DNA from: the human T2T-CHM13v2.0 reference genome, Homo sapiens
NCBI RefSeq assembly: GCF_009914755.1
Contig: NC_060930.1
Direction: 5' to 3' (one strand)
Length of the DNA stretch: 64,000 nt
Shown here in pieces: positions 12,471 to 26,770 of this stretch; the stretch's first letter is position 1, and the number at the start of each line of letters is the position of its first letter. The notes under the pieces were generated by a model. It was not told where the DNA came from. It did no database searches and saw only the letters and a program-made list of their open reading frames with translations. A program made the translations under genes and the position numbers.

Positions 12471-14489
12471 AAAAATATATACTATTGCTAGATTAATAAA
12501 GTCATTAAATTCCATAAATATTTATATAGTATACACTATCTCCTACTTTGGAGCTCTTTAACTAATGTATCCCTAACTCTCAATCCAGCACCTGATACAT
12601 AATAATTGTTCTTTTTTGTTCAAAATACATGACAATGGGAATAAAAAATTCAAGAGATGGCTACTACAAGTTTGAAATTTGGTGGGGGCATGTCAAGTAC
12701 ACAAGTAATTTTAACAAATGGCAAACTATAAATAATATCATATCACAAGAAAAGGATAGATGAAGTGTAATGAGAGAGATGATCAAGTCTACTTGGCAAT
12801 GTGGGAAAAGTGGGGAAATTTGCACTTGGCACCAAAGGGTCATGACTTGAATTTCAATTACAAAGCAAAATGGGGAAGAATGGCCAAAGAGACAGGGATG
12901 ATTGAAAGCTTTATACATGGAAACAGAAAACTATCAGATATGAAGAATGAGAAAAACAAAACAAAACAAAATCTACAGAGGAGAGAAGTTGATGGATCCA
13001 CCATGCCTTTTCAGAAATAACTGAGCTACAATTAAGATCACAGATGCCTTCTCCTTAATATGAAAGGTGATTTCATCAACAGTTCTGTGCCTTTCACTAG
13101 CAGTCTTGCAACCTTGTAAGTGAACAGCAGAGGTGTCCCCAGTTAGGAACTGTCAAGGTAAATAGAGTACAGTGTTTCAGTGGTTAACTCCTTCCCTCAA
13201 ATGGTTATGCTATCCCAACCCCAACACATTTTAAAACACCTTGGAGCTCTCCAAAGTTTATACTTTGCTCTTTCTCTGTTTTATTCTAATCCTTTAACAT
13301 GAAGAAATCATTAAGTTACCTATCCTAATTCCTAACAAATAAATGGGCAACACTGTAGCAATATACTCTTCCTAGTCTTTGAAACCTAGACAAAAGGAAA
13401 GAATACAGATCTGCGCATGGAGACAAAAATCAACAAGGCAGCAAAGCAAAGAAAGTCTTCAATTTTTCCTAAGTAGAATTTTGTCCCATGTCTATATCAG
13501 ACATTTATCTTGGCAAAAATCTAAATCTGGAAACAGAAAACTTTTGTAGACACTAATAAATTATAAGCATGAATGCCAATATATTTATTAATGTGTATTT
13601 TACTATTAAACTTATAAATTCTCACTTACATTTTTCTCTAAAATTAAGATGCCTGAATTGCTATAGCTTTTCCTGTAATTTACATCTTCTATATTTACAC
13701 ATTTTCACATTCGCCTTTATCTTTTACAACAAAGATAAAAGGTTTCAGACAACCCGAATCAGGCTTACTCATACATTCATAAGATTAAAGGGAACAGATA
13801 AAAGGTTTTGACCACAGAGAAATAAAGGAAAAAAACAAAAAACTTAAATTCTATATAAAAACTTCTAAGGAAATCTTTCTCATTTACCTTTATCCAATTC
13901 CTAGTTTTGGTTAGCACCATGGTTTTCGTGAAAAAAAGATATGTTAATCACTGACTTCCTAAAGAAAGATAAACTCCATTGTTATAGAACGGGCATAGAA
14001 AATGATTTCTTTTTGAAAAGGGAAGAGTATTGTGAGAAACAAGATTTGAAGCATAAATATTTTTAGTGCTGTATTAAATCCTATCTCCTTCATACAGAGC
14101 AGAGCATAGAAATAGATGTAAGCGATAGTTTTCTGATGTTTTTAATTCTAACAATAGATAAGCGTTTTTTTAAAAAAGGTCCATTCTAGTTATTCAGGTA
14201 TTGAAATGTGACTCATGACAGACTACTGAAAGCAATTGGTGCCAGCATATTTTCTGTATTGATCATAATTTTAATATTAAAACAATCAAAAGTATTGAAA
14301 AGAGATAGAGCAAGACAGAGATACATTTGAAGGCCAACATGAATTATTTTAAGCTAAATCACTGTATTTCAGATTACTCTTATGATTGTATGGAGGGTAG
14401 TGATTTAGCCAATATATACCTATCCATCATGATAGTATAGGCTCAACCTAAGGAAATGTTACTAGCAAAATAATGCCAGGAATACATAC

Positions 14490-14649
14490 CCATCATTCCA
14501 TAAGTCAGCTGCAGCCCTGCACTGAAAACTTTTTTTCCCAAATAAGGCTTAATATATTTTAATACTTCACCAAGGTATTCCAAGGACTTTGTGACCATGG
14601 CAGATTTATCAGAAAGTGTCTGGACGTTCCCGTAAGTTACACCAACAGC
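14490..14649 (-). CDS. MMS22L: MMS22L coding exon (160 bp, probably exon 19): AVGVTYGNVQTLSDKSAMVTKSLEYLGEVLKYIKPYLGKKVFSAGLQLTYGMM
   Basis: Translated by hand; tttatAG|GCT acceptor, TGG|GTATGT donor; phase 0 in, phase 1 out. Confidence 0.95.
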
Positions 14650-15397
14650 CTATAAATAAAGAAAAACATTATTTAACTTCCCAAAGTTTATACCATAAAG
14701 ATTTGGAACATAAAGATAATTTTTCTCTCTTTTTCTACATACGCACCCATACCCTTTACATTTAAGCCTTCATTTGTAACCTTCCAATAAAGAGACATAG
14801 GAATTAAAACACAAGTAAAAAGAATTAAGTCTTGTCTTTTATTATTAAAATAAAGGTTAAAGGAAGAATTTTTAAAAACTCACCAATAACTACTTATAGA
14901 AGGGCCGACTTAGCAAAATATCAGTGAAAAAAAAATGTGAAACTTATGTACACATACCTTGTAACTAAATCACATCATGACTTCCAGACAGGTTGGCTCA
15001 CCATATTTCCCAGATTACTAGGAATTCAAAATCCCCAAATTCCCCTACAAGGAAAACCTACAAGTAATGCCAAATTTTTACAAGCAAAACCTCTAAAAAG
15101 TTCAGCTTTATTATATGAATTCACTTTTCTTCCTAGAATTTTATGAGCCATCTGATGCCAGCTTAACTTCTTGGAAAAAAAAAGGATGGGCAGAGAAGGT
15201 AGAGATGGCAAAATGGAGAGTGGTAGAGAGAAATGTGAGGTGAATCAGTAAGAGAAGAACAGAGACATGAGAAGAAGAGGAAAGGAAACAAATGAGAGAA
15301 TAAATTGAGGAAAGGTTAGAATAAGCAAGGGGTGAAAGGTCACAAAAGAATCAAGAGAAGACTGGCTAAGAGATGGATTAGAAAGTTTAAGGAAAGT

Positions 15398-15918
<521 letters not shown>

Positions 15919-16426
15919 TCAAGATTGTGAGAATGTTGGTAAGAGTAGCTGAAGTAAGGCCCTAAGGGGTCTAATTATGGTGAATAGGGAAGGAAGTGAG
16001 GCCTTGGGAGAATGTTGTCCTAGGATAACAGAGAGGGGAAGATTACAATGTGGTCACTCATGAGCTGGAAGGACAGATGATGGTAGTCAATGAGCTTTCA
16101 GATGCTCCAAGAGATTCCACTGCTCCGGGTTTAGTCACGGAAGTGGGTGGATGAAGTAGGGGAGAAGTGAAAGACTACTTCTTTCACTGAAAGACTGAAA
16201 GAGTACTACAGAAGCTTTGAAATGAAAGCTTAATAGAAGTCATCCATGGTGACATTAAAGTTGGACATGCTGACAATAAAATGTGAAATGAAAAAGATAA
16301 GAAAGTCAGTGAACCTAAATGAGTGACTGTGAGATTAGCAGATAAGAACAAGAGATATACTTGACTAATCCCATTCCTCTCTATTTAGCTCTCTTCCCTT
16401 TGTTTTCTACACTTCTTTCCCTTGAC

Positions 16427-17734
16427 TAGACGTTCTCAAACTCTTTGGTCTCTGTTCCCTTTTGCACACTTAAAAATGGAGGATCTTGAAGAGCTTTTAA
16501 TTATTTGGGTTATATCTATTGATATTTATGATATTAGAAAATTTTATTTATTAATTCATTGAAAAGTGATAATGAACATTACATGTAAGTAACATATTTT
16601 AGTGAAAGACTATTTCCCAAACAAAAAACAAATTTAGTGAGAAAAGTAGTATTTTTTAACATTTTTACAAATCTCTTTTATGCCTGACTTAATAAAAGAC
16701 AGCTTGATTCTTATATCTGCTCCTGTATGATTTATTGTGGTATGCTGCAGATGAAGAAAATACAGCTTCAAAAATATATGTGGCTGGAAGAATAAGAAAT
16801 ATTTTGAAAGATTTTTCACATAACCATGAGAATTCCTCTTTGCTATTATACCAAAACTTGACAAGTGGTATTTCCTACAGATTAGTTGTAACTAAACCAT
16901 GGTGTCTGAAACCATGTCAATAAACATTTTATATTCTGTTAAATTAAAAGCCATTGGTCTATCCTGTATTTTGAGTGAATCTTTTACATCCATGAATGCT
17001 TTTTAAAAAGCCTATATTCGTCATTTGGAAAATTGTGGTTCACTGAGTTACACAGCTTCCCAATGTTGACACACTTCATTATTTATATCAGGAAAAAAAA
17101 ATCACACCTGCTAATACCACCACCATTCTCATCAGAAAATAAGTATCGGGAAGCTCTCAAGATCACGATGACAAATACAAGTTTCTCAAAATTCTAATTT
17201 TCTTGAAAGCTTGAATTATATTATTAGCAACAAATACTGTCAGTTGTTTGCTTTGAAGTGACAGGCTCACTTCATTCATTTTTTGAGAAAATGTCTGCCA
17301 AATAGCCAAGTCTGAATAACCATACTTTGTCAGTTGTTCTTTTAAGATAAAAGCAGTCAGTTCAGCTTGCAACTCAAATAATCACACAAGTGCTTTTCAT
17401 TTAGGCAACCACATTGCTTTGGTATGCAGCAAAAGTGCTTTAAGTGCACTTTGCATTGTCGTTCACGGAATACTGAAAGTACATGTACTCAAGAGTCAAA
17501 ACGTAATAAAATAAATAATTTTACTGCTTCATTGAAGATATTCTTAAGTGAAACTGGCTTTTTCTTCTGTAAATGCATGGCAGTATCAATTATAATGAAT
17601 ACTAGTATAATCTTGGGCCGCAGTGTTGATTCATGTAAAAGATTTTACACTATTTGTGCAAATATTAATACTGTTTTGAGCAGGTGGTATCAGTAATTCC
17701 CAGGGGTCTATGGACTACACTTTTGAACACCAGT
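16427..17734 (-). mobile_element. Charlie1(a) hAT DNA transposon
   Basis: Both termini (gttctcaaa ... ggactacacttttgaacaccagtg); ORF 17163-17372 KMNEVSLSLQSKQLTVFVANN resembles decayed hAT transposase. Confidence 0.85.
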
Positions 17735-17845
17735 GCCTTAGACTTCTCAATATTGCTCTATGCTTAGGCTTAACTTCCCTAGCCTAAAAAACATGCATTT
17801 CTCGGTACCTTGATAATAATAACTTAGATGTCATACTATCATTTC

Positions 17846-18367
17846 TGTGCAGAAAAGAGTTAATACAGCAGACCCAAGACTGCTACTCTTAAAATGTCCT
17901 GCTTGCAAGGCTGGCTCTTGGCTGGTATTTGGGGTCTTAGATTTTGAAAAGCTTCCTACAATTCCTTGATCCTAAACTGGTCTATGCAAATAATATGGCT
18001 TATACTGAATACCTGCTTTCCTTCTGGAACTGGAATTCTCTAAGTATGAGGCAAAGAGGGCATACGTGACCAGTCCCCAATAATAACCATGGGCACTGAG
18101 TCACTAAGGAACTTCCCTGGCAGGTAGTGTTTCACATGTCTTGTCACAATTCCTTGCTGAAAGAATTAAGCATATCCTGTGTAATTTCACTGGGAAAAGA
18201 ATCTTGGAAGCTGTCCCTGGTTTCTTCAGACTTTTCCTCATGCATCTTTTCCTTTTGCTGATTATGCTTCGTATCCCTCTGTTAATAAGTCATAGCTGTG
18301 AATACAACTATATGCTAAGTCCTATGAATCACAGAACCGAGGGATAATCTTGGGGAGACCTGACACA
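17846..18367 (+). mobile_element. MER21-family solo LTR
   Basis: Begins TGTGCAGAAAAGAGTTAA and ends ...cctgacaCA. Confidence 0.85.
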
Positions 18368-19866
18368 ACTTAAAAATGAATAAATTTAAAACTGAATTCC
18401 TCACCTACTTCTCTGTCACCCTAAATCATGATGTTCCTATTTCTCCTTAAGGTATCATCACTCTTTTAGTCAAACACAGCATTTATTTCATATCCATTCA
18501 GAAATCCCACAACCATTCAATCTTTGATTCCTTCTAAACCTCATTAGCTTTTGGCCAACAGTTCTCTGCACCTTTAAGTTACATTATTGTTACTTATTTT
18601 CATTAAAAAAATTATTTAACCAAATCATATCTACTTAAAAACTTACAAAGCCTTCACAATCTTCACAGGATAAAATCCAAACTTCTTATACTAAAATGCT
18701 TTAAATTCTTTACCTACTGATTGATCTGTCAACCAACTGGCACTTAGCATATAATGCCTTGTGTTACTATTTTAGTCTTTGTGTATGTCTTATATCCACA
18801 GAGAAGTAAAGGCCACCTGAGATAAAGAACTACTTCTTTTGATTTTTCAAATCCCTACGAAGTTCTAGCATAATATTATCTAGCATTCAGCAAAAAACTC
18901 ATTTTCTTAGTGGTGAAAGAACAATTAATTTGGGCTAGATGAAAACTATCAATGAAGAACTTGATTTCTAGCTCTATTTCTGATCCATTATAGCTCCTAG
19001 CACACCACAGGCATTTAATTGCAGGTTCAGATCCAATCAACAACTAAATAAGGGTCCAAATGGAATGTGTATTTTACATCTGCATTTACTATTATCAAAT
19101 ATTTTTAGAGATTGCATGACATCTCTAATTGTCATACAATTGTACTTTAACTTAATAGAAACCAATGGAAGAATTAACATTTATGGAAAGAGCTTATTGA
19201 TTTTAATTATTTTCACTGCAGCTAATACCAACCACTCTGTGGGAAAATAAACCAACTTTTACAATTAATAGCTTACAAAAGACACTAATCCAAACACATT
19301 AACAACTAGGTTTGCAAAACAAACACTCTCACATAGATAAATTTCTGTACAATTAATAATTAAAAATAAAATTTTGAATGGTACTGTTTATTATGGAAAC
19401 AAAACAAAACAAATGGATTGGATTTTAATGCTCCAACTATACTATCATACGAAGTAGATGGTGCTTATGCCTACACTGTTCGCTACAGGGTGATAAACAC
19501 TAAGGTGGGAGTATCATGGAATGTTTACAAGGATATTCAGTTCCCAAGCATCTGAACAATGCGGTTGTCCAGCAACTGTGTCAATATTCCTACAATTTAG
19601 ATTAGCCTTAGAGTAAAGCTTTTTTGTGGTATTCTTTAGTTTTATTATTCTTCATTAATGTAATTTTTCTGCTGTCCTTAAGTGTGAATTGTACTATACC
19701 TTAGATTCACATTTTTCTTCCTCCAGAACTTTATAATAGCAGGCAATCAATAATATGATTCAATTTATAAGAATTCATTTTATAGAAAAACTTTAAGAAT
19801 ACTTCAGGTTTTTCTGAAAATTAATTGTAATTAATCTGGACAATTATACTAATAAATGACAAATAC

Positions 19867-20009
19867 CTCAAAGAATCGAACAAGTGCTTTTTTAGGGTCT
19901 TCTGAGATGGATAAATATTCAGCTTGGGCCTTTGAGAAAATACTCTTTACTTCTGAGAGATTAAATAGTAATCTTGTCAGTTTGACCAACTGTTTCATGT
20001 ACTCTTTTT
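19867..20009 (-). CDS. MMS22L: MMS22L coding exon (143 bp, probably exon 18): EKEYMKQLVKLTRLLFNLSEVKSIFSKAQAEYLSISEDPKKALVRFFE
   Basis: Translated by hand; ttttaacAG|AAA acceptor, GAG|GTATTT donor; phase 1 in, phase 0 out. Confidence 0.95.
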
Positions 20010-20831
20010 CTGTTAAAATAAAATAGTATTTGTTATATCAATTTATATAACATACTATATACATAACCACACATACAACATATATATAATGTATATATGA
20101 GAAGTAATACAGTATTCTTCACTTATGACATGCTTTCTTTTAAAATTCAAATTTCCACACAAGGACTTCAAATTAAATTTCTCTCACTTATGAACATCCT
20201 TGCCCCAAAAGTTATTCATGTAACACCAACTAATATAATAAAATATTAAAATAAATTTGGAGGATTTTTTTCAGGCCAACCTTCATGAAAATAACAAGTG
20301 GCCACAAACAATAGCTTTGGGAAAAGACATGTCCTACAGACAACAGAACTGCATGGGACATTTTTTAAAAAGTACAGATATCACTCAATGACTACTTGTA
20401 AAGCAGAAGAAAGGCAAAATATCTAATATAAAATGGGAGAGAATTATTCATAATTGGGTATTTTTCTTTTTAGGGTGTTCACAGTGTGATATCTGGTTAC
20501 TCGCTTCAGAGTTCTACTTTTTTCGTGATCAGTTTCTTTAAAAAAATAGCTTGTCACCTGAGAAGCAAATTTCTGTCCTTGGCTTCCAAGGAAACAAGTT
20601 CTTTTATCTTTTATAGCAGAGAAGTTTGTCATATATAGTAACAGGAAAATAAAAACAAAACAAAACAAAAAAACGGAAACAGGCTACAAAAGGAAATTAA
20701 GTTCTGCTTGTATTCATACCCAATTACGAATATTTTGTATATTTTCTATTAATTACATAACAAATGATCTAGACAGCAAATAGCTTTCCATAGATACCCC
20801 CATCCTCCCCAAAAAACGTACACTTACTTAC

Positions 20832-20983
20832 CAACTGCCTCTTCCAGATTTTTATCTATGAGCAAATCATCAGGCCCAGAGAGGTTTTTAATATACATTT
20901 GCAAAACACAACGAATCCATGATCTTACGGTTAAGGCTTGAAAAGATACATAGCCTGAATGAGAAAGTGCTTCACATAATGTG
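20832..20983 (-). CDS. MMS22L: MMS22L coding exon (152 bp, probably exon 17): STLCEALSHSGYVSFQALTVRSWIRCVLQMYIKNLSGPDDLLIDKNLEEAV
   Basis: Absent from the ORF track and translated by hand; ttctacAG|CAC acceptor, TTG|GTAAGT donor; open in the expected phase. Confidence 0.95.
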
Positions 20984-21234
20984 CTGTAGAAACAAATTGA
21001 CAAATATTTTTAAAACAAAAACGTTTCCTGAGTATAGAGATTAAGAAGTAAAGAAAAACATTCTAATATCCCTGCAACTCCTTGGCCTCATTGATTTTTC
21101 AGACAAACACACTAACGTAGGCATGCATTGTTGAAAATGAATACTACAGATAAACCCAAAAAGATGTTAAACAAATATCCTTCTTTTCATTTTTAATGTT
21201 ATAATTTTCAATTTTCCTTTTTCCACTGATGGCA

Positions 21235-21437
21235 TATGTGTAGGTTTATGTTAAGGAAGAAGACAAGAAAGAATGTGGCTACCAAGGAAAAAGCAAGGGC
21301 TTATTATAACTAGCTAGGTGAGATAATAATGAAGGAAGTGGCAAGTAGAATAAATATCAGTGTCCGTTAGAATAAGTAAACAGAGAAGTAGTCATGAACG
21401 TATGCTCTCTCACTATACGGAGAGTTGTTACTAAAAA
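21235..21437 (+). repeat. Local duplication, copy 1 (about 200 bp; copy 2 at 22462-22660)
   Basis: tatgtgtaggtttatg...aaaagcaagggcttattataactagcta...gttgttactaaaaa present twice with scattered differences. Confidence 0.95.
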
Positions 21438-21514
21438 TTACCTCACAAAGAATTCCAAAACCATTTGCCAGATTTAAAAAATAATTATTTATATGAAGAC
21501 AATGGGCTGGCTAA

Positions 21515-21824
<310 letters not shown>

Positions 21825-22375
21825 ACTAAACCTGATTTCTAACCCATTCATTAGTCAGGGTAGAGAGGATGGGGATGGTCTTAACCTAAATATAAAATGT
21901 TATGTAATGTCCAAAATTTTTAAAATTCATACAAACCACAAATCTAAAAATGTTTTGAAATACCTCGAATATAAGTTGTCATAAAAAAGTACACAATGAA
22001 GAAGAACACAGACTGGTTATTTATTACCTTATAACTTTCCCAAAGCTATATAGCACCTTTGCATTTCAGTTTCTTCAAATGTTACTAATACGCTAACAAT
22101 ATCATTTTTTAAGTAGAAATTATTTCAAATTATTTCAGCAAAAGTCTTTAATGCATAATATAAATGTTCATTACTATTAAAGAATTCCCAAACTGGAAGG
22201 GATTGTAAAAGTAATCCAACTGAATTTGAACTCTCTTACCTTACAACTGAAAGCCCAATGAAAAAATGTATACTTAATGATACTGCTTATTGAAGCTTCC
22301 TTAGGAAAAGACTTAGCTCACCAACTACATCTCTCTTCATTTCCACTGATGGGCAGCTTGGACAAAAACTACGTT

Positions 22376-22711
22376 AAGATGAGGGAAAATAAAATAAATA
22401 CACAGGCCTAAGAGGACTAAGATCTCATAAACCTACACATATGCCATGTGTACACACGACGTATGTGTAGGTTTATGCTAAGGACGAAGACAGGAAAGAC
22501 TATGGCTACCAAGAGAAAAGCAAGGGCTTATTATAACTAGCTATGTGAGATAGTAATGAAGAAAGTGGCAAGTAGAATAAAAATAAAAACCCTAGAAAAA
22601 ATAAACAGAGAAGTGGTCATGAATATGCTCTCTCACTCTACAAGCAGTTGTTACTAAAAAGAGGACTAAGACCTCTTAGGCTTGTATATTTATTTTATTT
22701 TCCCTCATCTT
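22376..22711. repeat. 40-bp inverted repeat (22376-22415 / 22672-22711) enclosing duplication copy 2
   Basis: aagatgagggaaaataaaataaatacacaggcctaagagg versus cctcttaggcttgtatatttattttattttccctcatctt (38/40 complementary). Confidence 0.95.
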
Positions 22712-22869
22712 GATGTTCTTATTCAAGTCTTCCTGACCACTCTACACTATTTCTATTGTAACTTTATTCATTCTATTTTTTTTTCCAATGAGGTTCCTCA
22801 GATCTCTTGTGTAATGTGGCAGGAAATACTTATAGATAAGGAAGACATTGTTCAGGTGAAGTATCTTGT

Positions 22870-22932
22870 TCATGATCTCATGAGTTAAGAGTGAAAACTC
22901 ATGATCTCATGAGTTAAGAGTGAGTTAAGAGT
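22870..22932. repeat. Short tandem duplication
   Basis: tcatgatctcatgagttaagagtga twice, plus an extra gttaagag. Confidence 0.9.
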
Positions 22933-23327
22933 TAAAAATCTAGCAGCAAAAAGGAAAGCTATCATTAAAACGAAGACTGTAATAAATACCAGTATCTTAC
23001 AGATTCAGTAATAATAAATGTGTAATTTCTTTCACAGTGGGATGTGTAGAAAGGTCACTTCAGTATGATGATAAGGCAGTCTTACAAAAACAGTTTTGAA
23101 AGGGCTTAACAAACAACTTTTTTTTTTTAAAGCAGGCCACAAAATATAAGTTAGTGTTCTTACTATTACTACTGTCGAAAGGCTGATATATCTGAAAGCA
23201 AAAACCTGACAAAGTGAGAGTATATGTAGTAGAGATAAGTCCTCATTTGTGAAAATTCTTAGCTTCCTAGGATACTGATCTGTCACAGGTTTGCATTAAT
23301 GTGTATGCCTGAAATAAAAGCACGTAC

Positions 23328-23478
23328 CTATTTTGTAGGACATGACTTAAATATCTTGCTACAACTTGAGGGCAGATGATATCATCCCAACCAAAAAGTT
23401 GAATAATTGATATAACTGGCTGAGGCTGAAAATCTGATGGAGCTGTGCTTGGCATGTCCATTGCTAGCAAAGTAAAGT
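23328..23478 (-). CDS. MMS22L: MMS22L coding exon (151 bp, probably exon 16): DFTLLAMDMPSTAPSDFQPQPVISIIQLFGWDDIICPQVVARYLSHVLQN
   Basis: tctAG|ACT acceptor, TAG|GTACGT donor; phase 1 in, phase 2 out, continuous frame. Confidence 0.95.
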
Positions 23479-24099
23479 CTAGATTCAAAATGAGAGAAAC
23501 TTAAAGTCAGGAATCTTTAAAAACCATTTCTGACCCACACACCCCTGGCCAATTATAACAAGTGTTTTTTTTTTTTTTAAGTAACAAATAATAAAATGTT
23601 CTACTTAGAAATGTAGAGCAAACAAAAAGCTAAAACTGAACAAATTCATGTTGTCATAGAAATTTCTGTAGCATCTAGATCTCCAAGAAAGGCCTAGAAG
23701 AATTTATCTCTGCATTATCATTACAGATCTATAATGGCTCCCTCTAATTACAAATTCTATGCCTGAGGTTTTGGCTAATGTGCCTCCACCATTCAAAAGA
23801 CCTATTTATAAAATATGTCCAGCATCTAGTCTTCTAAGGAAGCAAATTTGCCTGTCATCTGCCACAGGTGAACAGTTCCTTCTCACCTTAGACACTGGAC
23901 ATTCTCTTCTATTAAACAGAGATCTCCTACAATCAATGACACTCCACTTCCTTTAGAACCCACAAAGTCTAGGAACTAGAATTCCTTAGTTAACCATGCT
24001 AAACAAATATGTTTTATTTTGTGATTTTTCTTGGGAACCCATAAACTCATTTTGTATGATATTAATTTGTTTGCCAATACATTATTTATTAAGAACTCC

Positions 24100-26770
24100 T
24101 ATGCAGCTTTCTGAAACGGGGTGGCTGTCTATTTTCCCACTCCCCGTATACCACTTGATCTATCAATAGGGTGAGATTACTCCTTGGTCCACATTGCTGC
24201 TTCTAGACTATTCTCCCCTCTTCCTCCCTAAAATTGCTAGCTTTGAATTTCATATCATCAGGTTATATCAGTCACTATCTTTGTTGCATTTACCTACTAC
24301 TTCCTAGTTCACCTCCTCCTCTCATTCTTTGTAGACTGTAGCTCACTATCATGCTCTCCAACAGCACTCCTGCCATAATCTTTTGTGATTATTTTTCTCC
24401 AGTGTCATGGACTCTTGATTTCTTGAACTCCTCTGATTTAATGAATCTATCTTCCATTCTACGTCAGCCATTCACTCCCATGCTGATACCCAGCGACCTT
24501 GGCATTACCAGTAACTACAATCTCAGTAATTTCAATTGTAAAGTACCCCAATTTTTGACTCCAAACTAGCTTTCCAACTTTCCTCTTCTCCCCCAACTCC
24601 AACAATTCTTTGATTCCATCAGGACCTAAAATCCACTGATCCTACAACCATTTCCTCATCCCTCCTTGTCTCCATGCCTTCCCTGTCCCTCTTTAGGACA
24701 CTTGATTGCATGGTCCATTATTATACTCATTCATTTATACTACCAACTCTTGCTCCTTTCTTGATTTGTGTACTCGCCTGGAAAAATCATCACCTGTTTA
24801 ATTCAAACTCTTGGCCTTTTCCCCACATGTACCAGTATTAAATGGCTGAAGAAGAACCATGCTGACTGATACCACTTTACATTTATGACTACAGACTTCA
24901 AGTAGGCTCTTAGAATTGGCCAGCATTCCTATGACATTTCCCTAGTCCATTCAGTCTTTTATTCTCTTAGGGTACAATTGCATATCTTCTCTTCACTCTT
25001 CATCAACAGCCAGCACCTTCTGCCCCTTCCTCATTTTCAGCTGATGGACTGACTTAATACTTCACAGAGAAACAAGAAACATCAGAAGAGAACTATCACA
25101 AGCTGCTACCACATTTACGCAGTTGCCTTCATCTGGGCTCACTTATTCTGCCTTCTCTTCTGCTACTAGAGATGAACTGAGGCCAAGTTCTCTATAAGAT
25201 CCCATTTTATCTGGGCACTAAAACAAAAGTGACTTTGTTTGTACCATGCAATTTTCCTTCACTTTGGAGCATTCTTGTCAGCATTTTAAATATACTGAAA
25301 TGTCTCCCATGTTATTTAAAAACCAAACAAAAACAAACCTTCCTCTTTGACCCCTCTAGCTACTATCCCCATTTTTCTACTTCTCTTAAACAGTGATATT
25401 CAAAAAGATTAATCTAAATTTGCAGTCTGGAATTGCTCTTTTCACCTTTTCTCTGGAATCATCTTCTATCAGGCCTTTGCCTCTCCACTACATACAAACT
25501 GCTCTTTCAGGTCACCAGTGACTTCCCTCTTATTAAATCCAATGACTAATTCTCAGACCTTATCTCACTTGATCCATCTATAGAAACTGAGCTGTTGATC
25601 ACTTTCCTCTCTTTGGGCTCCACGGCACCACACTTCCCTGCTTTTTCTTAACTTACCTTCATTCCTCTCCAGTCTCCTTTCTTGTTTCTCCTGACCCTAC
25701 AAATCTGAACAAAGGAATACCCTAAGGCCCAGTCCTCAAACTTTTCTTTTCATCCATACTTGCTCTATGGGTGATCTCATCCAGTTTCATGGCTTTAAAG
25801 AATTATTTATATATGGATGCTTTCCAACTTCAAATCTCTAGCTTGGACCTCTTCCTGAACTCTAGGATCATTATCTAAGTGCCTACTTAACATGTCTACT
25901 TGGATTTAATGAACATCTTAAAAAAAATTACCAAAAATGTTAATCTTCCCTCATAAAATCTGTTCTAGCCTCAATCTTCCTCATCTCAGCAAATGGCTAT
26001 AGTTACCCTTAATTCCTCTCTTTATCTATTTGGTTACCGTATCTTACCCACTTAGCAAATTCTGTCATCTCTACCTTGAAAATACTTTCTTCAGATGGGA
26101 AACCTGACCACTTCTCACCACCTCTACTGCCACCACTCTAGCCACAGCTGCTCATTTTTGGGTTATTACAATAGTTCCCTAACTGCCTTCCTGCTTTTCC
26201 CCTTGCCTAGTCTTCCTATAAGTCTAGCCTCAACCTAGCAGCCAGAGGACTCTTATCACTCCTCTGCTCAAAACTTTTCAACAGCTTCCAATCTCAGAGT
26301 AAAACCAAAAGTCTTTATAACCACTTACAAGGCAGAACACAAACTAGCTCTCCATTACCTCTTGATCCATCTCTTAGTTCTCTTTCCCTTTCTCATTCCA
26401 CATGAGCCTTTGCTGCTTCCCTATAGTTTCTCAAACACACCAGACATGTTCTTGCCTTCAGACTTCTGCAAAGCATGGTCTCTCATCTCCTTCAGTTCTT
26501 TGCACAAATATTACTTACTTGGGCCTTCCTGACCACTCTATTTAAAATCACAACTGCCTCTGGCCTTCTGTATTCCTATCCTATATTCCACTCTTTCCCA
26601 CAGCATTTATCACCACACATTACACTATTTACTCATTTAGTGGTCTTCCTATGCCCCAACACTAGATTATGAGCTCCATCAGAACAAGTATTTTTGTCCT
26701 TCTTCTCCATTAGTATCTCTCCAATGCCTATTAAACTAGGTATTCAGTAACTTTTTTTAAATGAAGAAAA
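24100..26770 (+). mobile_element. Long L2 (L2a-like) copy, about 2.7 kb
   Basis: C/T-rich L2 body (ggtcaccagtgacttcc..aaatccaatg, gatctcatccagtttcatggctttaaa) and an L2-type 3' end. Confidence 0.85.

Noticed and set aside
17163-17372. Transposase-like ORF
   Set aside because: Frameshifted remnant within a non-autonomous Charlie1 copy; ordinary.
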